Below are positions 47,395 to 61,350 of a DNA stretch of 64,000 nucleotides, piece by piece (the first letter of the stretch is position 1; each line of letters opens with the position of its first letter). A program made the translations under genes and the position numbers. The stretch is from Lama glama (lineage: Eukaryota): contig CM052818.1 in assembly GCA_028534125.1 (NCBI GenBank), positions 1,304,001-1,368,000 of the forward strand, written 5' to 3'. Under the pieces are notes generated by a model. The model did no database searches, was not told where the DNA came from, and saw only the letters and a program-made list of their open reading frames with translations.

Positions 47395-50040
47395 TCTCAT
47401 CCAGTGCACCTCACTTCTCTTATCTATGATTATCCTATAGAAGCCTTATTCATATGTGTCCCAGTGTTTCCATTTCTTGTTTTCCTTTCGTATTTTATAA
47501 AAAAGTGTATTGGTTTACCTGATTCTCCATTAAACTTTACTTTCTATTTTATATGAAATTATTGTATGTCGTATCTGTGAGTGTGTGACAGTCCCGAGGC
47601 AATTCTTTTAAAATTTCCTTCTGTTAATTGAGTAACCTTTATGTTCTAGATACTATTACAAATATTTGCTTCATATGTAGGCTTCCAGGAACTTATTTAT
47701 CGAGTGAATCAAGTACTGCCTGCAGCTGGTCTGAAATTATCCTTTCTGGCAATAATTAGGCAGCAAGACCAGTTTTTCTAAGGTCACACCTAAAACTGTA
47801 TAATCAGTACATAAGACATAGCTTTTCTTTCCAATCTCTTCGGGGGTGGTGGTGGAGAGGGAAAGAAAGGGGAGGAAAGGCATACATTCAGCTCAACCAA
47901 AAGAGTTTTCAAATCTCTGTAAGGTAGAAGACTAAAGGGTAACAGAAATCCTTGTTTGTCTCACTGAAAGTTACCTGATCTTTCAGAAGACTTTGCCTGT
48001 AGTTCCCAGCTCCTGTGCCAAATTTTAGGAATAAACTGTCAGGAAAGGACTCTTTATTGAGCTCATAAAAGTTTTACCCAGAGTCTTAAGCTAAGCAAGG
48101 ATCAATAAAAATAAAAGCCTCATGCAATCGACATTCTTTTTTACGATTAGTCTTAGAATAGCTGTGCCTCTGGTTTGCCAGTTTCTTGGGTGATGTTGAT
48201 TGAAGAAGCGCAAGACTGCATGTATTGAGGATGCTGGATGTAATTGTAATGCCTTGTTTTACTAAGGATGAGCAAAATGTTGGACTTTAAAACAATGACT
48301 CAGGCCCTACTCTCCGAGTCAGAGAAGGTCGTTCATGTGGAGGAGGTAAATTGGCAGAGTGGTTCTTGAATAATTCTGGAGGAAGAAAATCTTTCTAAGG
48401 CTTTATTTAGCTTGAAATCAGTTGTACAGTCTAGGGGCCTGTGACCAGTACTTAGTACAGTATTTTTTTCAATACACAAAGTTCTGTGAGTTTATAAAGC
48501 CTCCCAGAGGTATGCCAGATTTAAACTGTCTTCATCTCCATTATCAAATTTGGACAGGATGACCCAGAATTTGTCCTTGTTAACCAAATTAATTAAAAAA
48601 AAAGTCAGAAGTTTATAATAAATCAGTTCTTAAGAAAATTCTCTAGTGTTCTTTTTGTGGTTTTATTTCCCATGTCATTATGAAAACTTGGTCAGGAGTT
48701 TTATTTTTTGCTACCTTTGTCTTTGACAAAGTAGGAGGACAAGTTCCATGCCACTTATTTTAAATAACCATGGTTCGTAGATAGAAGAAGTAGAGAGAAA
48801 TTTCTCAAGATAACTGGCAGCAGGGTTGTAAAGGTTTCATTGCATTACAAGTTGCTAGAAAGACTTTGAAATTCCATTGATCCTCCTGGTTTTTCTCAGT
48901 TTGCTAGTCTTTTCAGGTCAATCATGCACAGAGATGGTTCTGGAATAGCTCTTTTAAGAGTTAAATGAAGGAGAAATGGTCATCTGTCTGGTCCAGAAGT
49001 GAAGAAGGGCTGCAAAATATGCAAATTGCTGTACACCTGACCAGATTTATTTCTGGTGTTACTGTTATGCACCATTAAGTTCTATTCATCAAATAAAAAT
49101 TTTAAAGAATGTTTTATTCCGGTCAGTTTGTTGTTACCAAAATAATTACTTGCTAGTAATCAGACCATTAATTTCTCCATGGCTCTTAATATGGGCCACA
49201 TCAGACCCTTGTCTATTGTGGTATTCTTGATTTTAGAGATACAACACAAAATAGGCAGCCAGACCTATTAAAAACAAGTAAATAAAAATTAAATTGACTC
49301 AGAAGCAAATGAAGAATATGAGTCTGCAGCAAAATTCTTGATCCAAATTTGCTTTCCTAGAATCCATAGTTAGAGCAGCATCAGCCAGTTTGCTGGAAAA
49401 GCTGCGGGTCAGAGAACAGCCTGCTGTTTCTTATCTGCTTGAGGTTGGAATCCCAGAGCTATGTATATTGTTTTATCATTAGTTACTTAGAAAGGTGAGA
49501 TTTAGGTTATGTATGTAGCTGGGAGACTCCTGTCAGTCTAACCTCTGTCATCTTTATGGTCAGACTTCTTTAAGATTTCTAATTCACTGTGGGGGTTCAG
49601 GTATGGTCTAAATTAGGTTAATTCTTGCGTATGTTTGCCTTGCACATTTGTGCAGGTTTTATAGTGCACATTGGGCCATACCAAAGGTGATGCCATTTAT
49701 AGCATAGATAGCATAGATACTGTAGGTTTATATATTCATTAGGACAGTTTTCCAGCAGATGGCAGGCAAGTATCTTGAAGAGGGGAAAGATACCATATGG
49801 GCAAATGTAGACCCTATTTTTAAGTATATAAAAATTTCTTACGAAACTGTAAATGAGAACTCTTTTTAAGTTGTATTTATAGATGCAATAATTTTAAGTG
49901 CACTGTCCATATATTAACCCTTCTTTCTTGTATTGTTTCTCTCATGTTTTACTTATTTTAATTCTGACAGCGTTTTTCCCCCTTGTCCCCTGGAGAACTG
50001 AGCACTTACGTGAATTTGCTGTGAAAATGTTTTGGACTTA

Positions 50041-50199
50041 TTTATTTTTTCATCACTTTATTTTTATTTTATTTATTTATATTTTGGTGGAGGGGAGATA
50101 ATTAGGTTTATTAATTTATTTTAATGGAGGTACGGGGGATTGAACCCAAGACCTTGTGCATGCTAGGCATACACTCTATCACTGAGTTATACCCTCCCC
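50041..50199 (-). mobile_element. Vic-1-type SINE
   Basis: tRNA-like head on the - strand; flanks tggactta / tggactta. Confidence 0.88.
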
Positions 50200-52379
50200 T
50201 GCTGGACTTACTTTTGATGTGTTTAATTTGTTCTCAATTTAGCAACGCTGAGGCCTTGATATGGATGTTCTTGCCATGCTGAAATGACTTAATGCTTGGA
50301 TCCTGTCAATAGCTCCATTGTATGTTGAATAAACCTCACATCCTTGCCAGAGAGCTGGGTGTTACTCAGTTGTGATTCTATCAATACGTGGTCAGCTGGG
50401 ATTTCAGGTTCACTTGTTATTACTCAGGGTTCCCAGGAGGTTGCCCTGGGTAGCACGAGGCTTTTGATAGTATTCACTGTCTAAAGCTGTTTCTAACACT
50501 GGGTTTGGAAATTCTGTTACTTGTCTTTGCATCAAAATTGGTCATAGTTCAGGTGGGGTTACTGTTTCATTTCTGAGATTTCAAGTATTTTTGAGGCCTT
50601 TATCCCCAAAGTTTACCAGCAAACAGGTTCTCCTGGAGACAACACCTACATTTGTTTGGATTTAAGTGGCACTAACAATACCAAGAGGAGTAAAAATTGG
50701 CCTTTCAGGATTACCAGGTTCTCAAACTGGAACGAGGATCAGCATCATTGTTGGATTGTTAATACAGGTTGATCTGAATCTTAGAATTCTTTTTTTTAAC
50801 AAGATGAAAAGAGATTTTTTTCTCTCTGATTTTGAAAATAATATATATAATAGTGAAGAATTCAGACCAAAAAGAAAAGCTTTAAGATAAAAGTAAAAAA
50901 AGAAACAAACTTACAGTCCCATTATCAATAAACTAATTTTGGTATACTTCATTCTCAATGTTTTCCTGTGCATTTATATACATTTATAATCTCATTTACA
51001 TGATTCAATTTACATATTTTTTTAACTTCTAAAATTCAGCAATATACAGTAGACATAGATGTATGTCAAATTAGTATTCCATTACATAGATTGCAGAATT
51101 CATTTAATCAGTGATAGTGGTAAACATTTAGACTTTTTTCAATTTTGCACAGTTAAAAGTTCTTAAACTGCATTTTTTACATGTCTAATCGTATTATGAA
51201 TTACAAGAAGTGGTCTGCCAGGTCAAAGGAGATGTACATTTAAAATTTTGATAAAATTGCCAAATTGCCTTCTAGTAAGTAGTGAATTAACACTTCCAGC
51301 AAGCTTCCACAAGCTTTGCCTGGAAACAAAATGGTTTTAAAGATAGTAACTTCCTTTACTCCAGTCTTCATATGGTAGAAAATGTTTTCTCTAAGATGGA
51401 CTATGACTACTCTTAGAGCAAATAAAAATTCTAATACTTCTGGAATAGGATCCTTAGCTCTGTCCTCTCGGATTTCATCATACTTCTGGTAAGAGCCCTT
51501 AATCTTGGTGAACCTCAAAAAACACTGTCCCAGACATATCTTATTATATACATGATATAGAAAGGACCTTCTGGAATGACAACTGCATTATTTATCCTTC
51601 ATTCAAGTTTTGTTGGAAGTTTCTGAAAAGGACCTTTATTGCAGGGTAGGGACAGTCTACATAGTGCTTTAGGAATCATCTGGTGACCAGTTAAACAACT
51701 AAAAATATCCTGAAACTTTAGGGTGTAAAAGGAAACCTTTAAAATAAAAGTCAAACCATCTTTACAGTGATGTAATTTTTCTTTTTTGCTAGTTGTCTCT
51801 TTTTCTGAAAATGTATTCCTATCAGTAAACAATGAGCACACTTAACCCTCTTTTAAGTGTATTTATAAAATACTAGTAACTACTAAAATATAAAATGTTG
51901 CAAAACATACACAGAAAAATATAAGTTAAAAGGTTGAGAGTAGGATATTGATAGTAAAGATGTTAACAATTTCTTTTTTTTTTATGTACTTTAGTAGAAG
52001 CTGCTGTTCCATACAGGGTTTATTTCTTAACCATCATTTTCTGCAGGCATTGTATCTGAACTGAATTTTTATACCTATCACAGTTCTACCAACCCCAAAA
52101 TACCTATTTTGATAATTTGGTCCTGAACCTTATAACATGCTTTATGCTTCTTTAGCAATGTCTGAAAAATTGAAGTTACTGGTAATTACCACAGTGGAGA
52201 ATAAGAAGAAAGAGGATATTATTTGTTCCTTTAGGTAGATGGGGAAAATTCTACAATTTAAAAGCATTGATAGAGGATATATTACTTTGACTTTACATCC
52301 AGTTGTATTCAGAACCACAGAGTGTATAAAAGGTATCACAGAAATCATCTTGTCTTATTTCTCTTTATTACCTAAGTTT

Positions 52380-52990
52380 TAGTGCAGTGTAGCGGTCAAG
52401 AGCCCAAACACAGAGCCTGGAGTTAGGCTACTTGGATTCAATTTCTGCCTCTGTTACTTATTAATCATGTGATCTTGGGTGAGGTACTTTTCCTTTTTGT
52501 GCCTTACTTTCTTCATCTGTAAAATGGGGCTAATAAGAGCATCCACCTTAATAGGGCTGTTGTGAGAAATAATGTATGTCAATCTTGTAGTCAGAGCTTT
52601 TACTAAATGTTTATTATTACTACTAGTTGTTCATTATTACTAAATTAACTTCAAAGTAATATAAAAAGGAACATATAAATTAAATTGAAACTTAAAAATT
52701 AAAAAAAGTCACGTGTAGATCTCCCACCAGATATTTTGATATTTTATAACAGGCAGAATGACATACCTTTCTGGAGTCCTACTGCTTGGGTTTGAACCCT
52801 GGCTTTATTACTTACTAGCTATGTCAACTTGGTGAAATCAGCTTAGATTTGCCTCTGGTTAACCACTCATCATTTAAATGAGTGATAATAATAGTGTCTA
52901 TTCCAGAAAACTGTTACTAAAATTAAATGAATTGTTAACTTATGTAGAGCTTAGTAGAATGCCTGGGTGTAATGAGTGATCAATAAAATC
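52380..52990 (+). mobile_element. Two MIR SINEs
   Basis: ttcatctgtaaaatggggctaataa core at about 52515 and a second copy at about 52750-52990. Confidence 0.75.
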
Positions 52991-55900
52991 TACATATTTT
53001 ATTCTTTACAGATACTTAAAGATATATTTATAGATTTTAATTTTTAAAATAAATCATTTAATAAGTTCTTTTAATGCTCTGATTTGATTATATTTATAAT
53101 TTTTACTGTCTTTGTAACATTCTATTATTTTGAGATACTAGGAACCCTAAATCGTAATTGTCTCACCTCTATGTTAGAAATAAATTTTGTTTTGTTTGTC
53201 CCATTTCTTCAAAAATAAAAGGTTATTCTTTTGTAAACATTTCAAAAATACTGTTTCTTTTGCATACATTTTGACATTAAAATATAACTTTAACCCTTAA
53301 TTTTGAACACATTTCAAATGATATTGAATATTAGACCAATGACCACATAAAATAAAATTTGGAAATAAATTCATTGTTATTATCTTGTATTACTGTCAGC
53401 TTTTTCTTGTTTACCTAAGCACAGGCTTTTATGTTCCTGGCCTGTTAATGAACCTGACAACTACATATGCATGATACAGACTGTCATTACATGTTTTCAT
53501 GAGTCTCATGGTGTTGCTTTGGCCTGTATTCCCTGTCTTCTGTGGCTTCAGTCTTTAAAACTTTTATACAAAAATATATAGATGGACTATTTTATTTAGT
53601 TACTATTTGCTGAAATATTGGAATATGTTATGGGAACCCATGAGACCAAATGTATGAAAATGACAAATCTAAACTGTGTGATCATTGTGTGTATACTTTT
53701 CTCCTTGAGGGTTAGATTCTGCTTTGCTGTCTCATAAATGTGTGGTATTTAGCAGTTTGGGTCTCCAAATGCTGTATTGATTAGTAATTATAATATCTGG
53801 CACATTGTTACTTTAAGTCAACATGTTACAGATCTGAGTGAAACTTTTTAAAAGTTTAAAGTGTTCAACTTTTATATACTTTTTCAACTTGAATTTGGGT
53901 TAGGTGACCGTGAGTTTGTGATAAAGCTTAAGAGCTATAAAAATCATGTATAGTTATTTTTCTTTGCTCTGCAGTTATAAAAAATGGGATTCTCATCTTT
54001 TGTTTGTTTTTTCCAACAGGTAAGTTTTTGGGATGGAAAACTGCTGAGTTTGCTGTTTCTAGAGGTGTTCTTTTTAATTTAATTGTTTGGTTTACAAACA
54101 TTTTAAAAGTATCTACTCTGTCAATTACTGTTAGTCCCAAGGGATACAAAGATAAAATTAGGAGAACAGAGTTTATTGGGCATTTCTTTGGTCGAACACA
54201 TACATTTTTAAATTGAAAAATTAATTTTGAATAATTTTCCCATAATGTCAGGTGTTTTTCTTTTCAAGGAAAACAACTGCTTATAAAATACTAGAATTAT
54301 GAGAAGTGAAATTAGTTGTATTATACTTTTTTGGGGTTAGTTTTTTTCTGTTGGGGGTGGGAGTAGGTATGAAACAAAATTCTCCATATAGTGATAGTTC
54401 AGACTGAAGCTAGATGGCAGGTTCACGGTGAAAGATTCAGTTAATCTAGAACTTGAATCAAATGAATTATTGTTTTGGGAGATACAGTATTTCAATCCAG
54501 TTTAGTATTTCTAGAAAATATATTGATCTAATTTGTGGTAAATTTATTCTTTGTGATTTAGCATTTGATTCAGTTTATGTTTCAGTAAAATTAATATCTA
54601 GTTCTAGATTAACTAAATATTGAGATGGGGAAATAGATTATTAAAAACTAACATGGAAATAATATGTTACTTAAAATTAAGCATGTTTTTCTTTTTCTTT
54701 TCAATACATAGAATATATTAAGAATTTTACGGTGTTTTCTGTGTAATTTTGCATTGTTGAAATTTTCAACATGCGTGGAAGTAAGTACATGAGTATAGTA
54801 TTTATCATCTAATTTAGCTAACAAAGGAAGGTTGAAGAAGGTCTGGCTTAATTTTGCTAGACTGTACAAATGTTAAGGGGAGGCAGCACGGGCTGTCAAC
54901 TTGGTGGCCTTATCTATAGATAATAAGAGGTAAGATGATAGTTTTAAAAGTACTGTCCAGAGCCCATTGTAAATTTACTAAAGGGAAGGGTGGACTGTAG
55001 TATCCTTGAAGTGCATTTTAAACTCTGCATTTTGTGTTGAGAGTGAACTGAGGTAAAGTGAATTGCTTGAGGTCACAGAGTTAATTAGTTGGAGAGTTTG
55101 GATTTAAGCTGGTTTTCTCTGATCCAAATCTGGTGACTTTTCTTCTTAACGTTGGCTGTTGACAAAGTATATTGTTTTTGCTATACTTTGTATGGCTTTG
55201 AGTTTATAATTTTTCCTAGTGGCGCTATATTGGAATGATTTCTTGAGAGAGTCCTTAAATTTGTATGTGTGTGTGTGTGTGTGTTTTCTTTTGCCTAGTC
55301 TTCCCCTCCAGTTCATCTCCAACTAGTCCCTCCTCCTCTAATAAAAAATTCCAATTCTAGACCATTTCCCTCTTACTCTGCTTTTGTATTCTTCTATACA
55401 GAGGCTTTCTTTTATCTTTTCATTAGCTTGTTACCCACATTGAGCTAAAAAATACTGGGAAATTCTTTGTCTCTATGTCTAGCTAGAGACAAATTCTTTG
55501 TATCTTCCTTTAATGAGGAGATCAGAGGAAAAAGGGACATTTTTGTCAGGACCAAGTCTGTCAATAAACATTAAATAGCTCTTTGCTTGTCCCTTCAGAA
55601 AATTACCCTTGCTGAGGAAGAGGACCAGGCTAATGCTGCTTGGTTAGTATGGGAAATGATGAACCAGAGAAAATGATGGAGTGGTCAGTGGTTCCATTAG
55701 CCTCAGGCATGATGACTCTAGTTTTGGGATTTCCAGGGGAAGCCATTCCTTTGACTTATTTCATTTTCCTCCCACTCTTTTTATCTAAAGTCCCCTCCCA
55801 CAATGAAAAGTCCTCCCAGAAGCTTTATTTATCTACTCTGTACCTGTTCTCCTGAGAAGTACTATAGCCTGATGTGTATTTGTACATTATTAATTATGTT

Positions 55901-56427
55901 CTTTTGGGAAGTTTACTTTGCAATTTGACCTTATTCCCTCTTGATAAATTATCCCTTTTATGAATGCTCTCCTCCTGTGGTCTAAGTGAAATTGCCTTTG
56001 TTGCAAATTGAGTTGCTTTGTGTCCTGTGGCAACAGAGACTAGTGGGGATGCCTGGGAGATTGCTTCTTTCAAATCTTGACTATATAAAGTGGCATATGG
56101 GTTGTCCTGTTGGAGGGCCTGTATGTGTTAGGGGAAGGGATGGGAGTACAGAGACATGAAGGTGGGGGTGAAGAGAGAGAGTCATCTGTTAAACAAATAA
56201 TTATTTAGTGCCTAATATATTTTTAGGATAGAGAGATGAATAAAATATGGTCCCTGTTCATGAAGAGTGCATTATCTAGTGGGGAAGAGGATTATGTAAA
56301 CATCTAATTATGATAGAGTGTAAGTGTATGTATTTATAAGGGAGGACATGTAAAATAGTATTAATTAAGTAATTAATAGTTGGATCTGAGATAATGAACT
56401 CAAACTTATTTTAAAATAAGGACAAAT

Positions 56428-57177
56428 AACAGTGTAGGAGGGTTCCCTGTTCTCTACACCCTCTCCAGCATTTACCGTTTGTGGACTTTTGAATGATGGC
56501 CATTCTGACGGGTGTGAGGTGATACCTCATTGTAGTTTTGATTTGCATTTCTCTGATAATTAGTGACACCGAGCACTTTTTCATGTACCTGTTGGCCATT
56601 TGTATATCTTCATTGGTGAATTGCTTGTTTAGGTCTTCTGCCCATTTTTGGATTGGGTTGCTTGTTTTTTTCTTATTAAGTTGTGTGAGCTGTTTATATA
56701 TTCTGGAAATTAAGCTGTTGTCTGTCTCATCTTTTGCAAATATTTTCTCCCATTCTGTAGGTTGTCTTTTTGTTTTGCTTATGATTTCTTGTGCTGTGCA
56801 AAAGTTTATAAGTTTCATTAGGTCCCATCTGTTTATTTTTGCTTTTATTTCTGTTGCCTGGGTAGACTACCCTAGGAGAACATTGCTGAGATTTATGTCA
56901 GATAATTTTTGCCTATGTTTTCTTCTAAGAGGTTTATAGCGTCTTGTTTTATGTTTAAGTCTTTAAGCCATTTTGAGTTTATTTTTTGTGTATGGTGTGA
57001 GGGAGTATTCTAACTTCATTGATTTATATGCAGCTGTCTAGTTTTCCCAGCACCATTTATTGAAGTGACTGTCTTGACTCCATTGTATGTTCTTGCCTCC
57101 TTTGTCAAAGATTAATTGACCAAAAGTTTGTGGGTTTATTTTTGGGCTCTCTATTCTGTTCCATTGATCCATACATC
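56428..57177 (-). mobile_element. Young L1 ORF2 segment, inverted relative to the adjacent 3' end
   Basis: Translation [27 protein letters not shown]...[15 protein letters not shown] is late L1 ORF2. Confidence 0.92.
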
Positions 57178-57842
57178 TGTGCAGCTGTTATGGAAAACAG
57201 TATGGAGATTCCTCAAAAGACTAAAAATAGAGCTACTATAGGATGCAGCAGTCCCACTCCTGGGCATATATCAATATATTCAAAAAGATACATGCACCCT
57301 GGTGTTCATAGCATCACTATTTACAATAACCAAGACATGGGAACAACCTAAATGTCCATTGACTGATGACTGGATAAAGAAGAGGTGGTATATTTATACA
57401 ATGGAATACTACTCAGCCATAACAAAGATAAAATAATGCCATTTGCAGCAACATGGATGGATCTGGAGACTGTCATTCTAAGTGAAGTAAGTGAGAAAAA
57501 GAAAGAAAAATACCATATGATATCACTTATATGTGGAATCTAAAAAAAAAGACAAATGGACTTATTTATAAAACAGAAACAGACTCACAGACATAGAAAA
57601 CAAACTTATGGTTACGGGGGGTTGGGAAGGTGGGTGGGAAGGGATAAATTGGGATTTAGAGATTTACAGATACTAACTACTATATATAAAACAGATAAAT
57701 AACAAGTTTATACTGTATAGCACAGGGAACTACATTCAATATCTTGTAGTAACTTGTGGTGAAAAAGAATATGAAAATGAATATATGTATGTTTATATAT
57801 GACTGAAGCATTGTGCTGTACACCAGAAATTGACACAACAGC
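57178..57842 (+). mobile_element. Young L1 ORF2 end and 3' UTR, lacking a poly(A) tail
   Basis: gtgcagctgttatggaaaacagtatgg...ccagaaattgacacaaca continues the L1 almost exactly where the inverted piece stops. Confidence 0.9.
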
Positions 57843-58402
57843 TTTTATATCCCCTGAGTGAGCTGCAGCCGCCCCCTACGTCCCCAGGAGACCCTCCAAA
57901 TCCAGCAGGCAGTCCTGGCTCAGGTTCCTGTGAAATCACTGCCTCTGCCCTTGGACCTGGTGCACTGGAGTTTCCATGTACACTTCCCAAGCGAATGGAT
58001 TTTCCATTTCCCCCAGTCCCATGGGGCTCCCGGGGCCAAGCCCTGCTGGCCTTCAAAACCAGATGTCCTAGGGTCTCCTTCTCTTCCCAATGCTGGACCC
58101 CAGGCTGGGAAGCCTGACGTGGGGCTTAGAGCTCTCACTCCTGTAGGAGGGCCTCTGCGACTTAACAAATCTTCAGCTTGTGGGTCACCCACCCGGGAGG
58201 TGTGGGGCCCACGTATATCTTTAGCATGCCCCTCCTACCGTCCCACTATGGTTCTCTCTATGTTTCCAGTTGCAGAAGATTGTTTTTGCTAGTTTCCAGT
58301 CTTTTTTCTGATGGTTGTTTAGTAGTCAGTTGTGATTTCATTGTAGTGGCGAGGAGAGGTGAGCTCGTGGTCCTACCACTCTGCCATCTTGACTGGAAAT
58401 CT
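57843..58402 (-). mobile_element. L1 5' UTR fragment
   Basis: GC-rich; the - strand begins ttccagtcaagatggcagagtggtaggaccacgagctcacctctcc (YY1-type L1 start). Confidence 0.7.
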
Positions 58403-58404
58403 AG

Positions 58405-58613
58405 AGCCTCATCTCCTTTCTTCCTCTTCTGCTTTTCAAAATCCTTATGATAATGTTGGTTCTATCTGGATCATGCCTGTCTCACAGCGGATTAGCAACT
58501 TTAATTCCACCTGTGACCTTAGTTCCCTTTTGACACGTAGCCTAGTCTATTCACAGGTTCTGGGGGTTGATTAGATATGGGCCTCTTTGGGGAGCCATTA
58601 CTCTGCTTACCAC
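58405..58613 (-). mobile_element. MLT1 LTR, partial
   Basis: attagcaactttaattccacctg...tattcacaggttctggggg...ctttggggagccattactctgcttaccaca. Confidence 0.75.
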
Positions 58614-60669
58614 AGGAAAGGATAGTTTTTAATGTCATTCCCCTGTTTGAAAACTTGGTTAACTTATTACTTACAAAAGAGATTCTTATTTTTGGGGGTA
58701 GGGAAGAGGGGGGCAGAATTCAAATGTGATGAAACATACGATTCCTTTCACCGTGATGATGATCGCATAGAAATTTTGTAATAGTTTTGGGAGGGCCTCT
58801 TAGAGGCCTAGCCTGGCTTTTAAGGCTTGTTCAGTCCAGTCCTAGCCCAACCTCTAGCTCTTCTCTTCTCCCGATCCTGTCTCCCAGCCCAAGTAATCTG
58901 TCTTTCTGGCCTGGTGCTTTTCAAACTTGGCTGTGCCTCAGAAACATCTACGTAATGGTATAAAATTATGTGTCTAAGGCTCCTTCCCTATCCAGCCAGG
59001 CCTGAGAACTGCTGATAAGGCTACACTGAATTGTTTTTCCTGGAGAATTTAATCTCCTTTTCTTCCTCTCACCTTCACAGATAAATTTCTAGTATTTTTT
59101 CAAGATCCAGGTGGGATGGCACCTTTTCTGCGATGTTTTCTTGACTCAATTCCTGTTAAAACTTCTCATTTCTTTTCTACTTAGGTTTCACACTGTTTAT
59201 ATTTCTGCTATAGCAATTAGCTCACTATGTTTAGTTGTTCACATTTGTTTTCTGAGCAGCTTATGAATTTCTTGTTTCTAGCACCTACGACAGTAAATGA
59301 GTCATGTTAGGTACTGTGTTTATTTTGATCATTTATCAAGTAAAAGTCCCTGAACTCATTCATCTGCTTATGTTTAGGTCATAATATATCAGCACCTTCT
59401 CTAGGAAGTGTGCAAAGGAAATAAAAATTTATAAAATGGTAGGAACTGATTAAAGTGTTTTTGATTACTTGTGCACTTTATATGAATAAACTTTCTTTTT
59501 CTGTTTGTAGCTCCACATCTCACCAGAATATCTGGGTGATATTCTGCGTATTTCAAGATTACATTTTGGATTGTTTGACATTGACTTTGGGGCGCTCTGG
59601 AGGGAAGATCACCTCAAAGCTAGGCACTTACCATTGCAGAGCAGTTGATACTATTAGGTTAAGAGGCCCTTAATGACTGCCAGTTTGGAGAGTCATGCCA
59701 TACATATCTAAGGTGACACAGACAGAGAAACAGTAGTGTCACGCATGAGCTCCACATCAAAAGCCAAATGGCAGGCTGTCAGTGTTTGATCAAAACTGAG
59801 CTGCTTCTAACAAGGGCAGCTCTATGTAGCATGAGAGAGGCTTTCTCTATTTATATGATGGTTAATGAGTTTACTGAGCAACATGGCAGTGGCTAGTGGG
59901 AGGGTAATTAGTTGTTCATAATTTTGTATTCATCTCTCATCCTTAACACCAAGGAACACCTACCTTTTGGAATGAGATTTAGAGCAGTTTCTATTGGTAC
60001 ACCATGGCTCCAGGGGAGAGATTGAGGTTAAATTTAGTTTTCTCAGTGTTCCTTGTCTTCCATTTTATAAATATGTCTTATATACTATCCACCAGCTTTT
60101 TACCCATGTCATATTTGTTGTTCTAGGTACAAATTATTCTGGCATCTTTTTTTCTGACACACTATTTTCTTTCTAGTATGTCTTTACCTCCACAGTGGCA
60201 AAAGGGGCTCATCTCCCAGATGAATTAATCCCCTTCAGCAGTTTTTCCTGAAGTTCTACCTAATGACTTCCTCTTACATCTCATTGCCCTGTTTGTAAGG
60301 ATTGTCCTTTCAACCATTTTCTGCTTTTCAACCATATCTACTCTCCAAGACCCACTTCACGTGTCTGTCATTCTCTTTGCTTCTAAAGAACACTGTTCAT
60401 ACCTCTGTTACAGAATTTATAACTGAGATATATCCTTGCTTGTCAATTCTTCCTTCACCTCGAGACTGAACATTTTATCCTTCTGTGAGTGTTATATTTG
60501 GAACCAGTGCATCATAGTAATATTTGGGATGGCTGAAGAGTAGGCCTTTATTTTCTAAGGTTATTTTATTATAAATGCAGCATGTTCTTAGGTGGATCAG
60601 TTTTAGGGAATAGTATACATGGGAGTTATGAGTTTGAGTTGGATTCTTGGGAAACTGCCTGCCTACTTA

Positions 60670-61150
60670 CGATTTGTAAAGTCTGTGTATTTTTTGTGTA
60701 CCCCTTCTGTTTGAAGGTCACTGCCCTAAAAAAATTCTTGTGTATTTACCTCAGGATACATGTCAAAGAAATGATCACCAATGTACATAGTATTTAAAAC
60801 ATGGAAACAGTTCATATGTGCAAAGACAATAGGATTGATAAATAAATTACTATATGTTCATATGGTAGAACATTATATGATGATGAAAATGGATGGCTCA
60901 TAGGTAAAGTAGAACAACATGGACTCAGTTCATTACATGTATACTATTGAAAGAAATAGGGTACAAAAGAATACGGTCCTGTATTCCCTTTGTGTAATGT
61001 TCAAGAATAAGCAAAACTAACCAGTATTATTGTTTATAGGTACATATGCATATAATAAAATATAAAAGAGCAAGGAAATGATTATTGCCAACTCAGGATA
61101 ATGGTTACCACTGGGGGAAAGATGTGAGGTAGTGATTAGGGAGAGATTAT
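60670..61150 (+). mobile_element. Ancient L1 (L1ME-like) 3' fragment
   Basis: caaaagaatac...gttcaagaataagcaaaactaa...aggataatggttacc. Confidence 0.65.
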
Positions 61151-61179
61151 TTGTAGGGAAAAAGTAATGATTCTGTTGA

Positions 61180-61350
61180 CCGAGTGAATTTGGGCAAATT
61201 ATCTTAACTTTTTAACCTCAGTTTCTTTGGTTATAAACTGGAATAATATAACTACTGTATGAAAGTTTTAAGGATTAAGTGAGATAAACTATATAAAGCA
61301 GTTAGCCCAGTTTCTGGCTAATAGTTAACACTAAGTAAATGATAATATTT
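61180..61350 (+). mobile_element. MIR SINE
   Basis: ttgggcaaattatcttaac...cctcagtttc...aggattaagtgagataa. Confidence 0.75.

Noticed and set aside
58724..58775. Box C-like GTGATGA motifs suggesting a C/D snoRNA
   Set aside because: No box D (CTGA) or terminal stem at suitable spacing, and no snoRNA I recognise.
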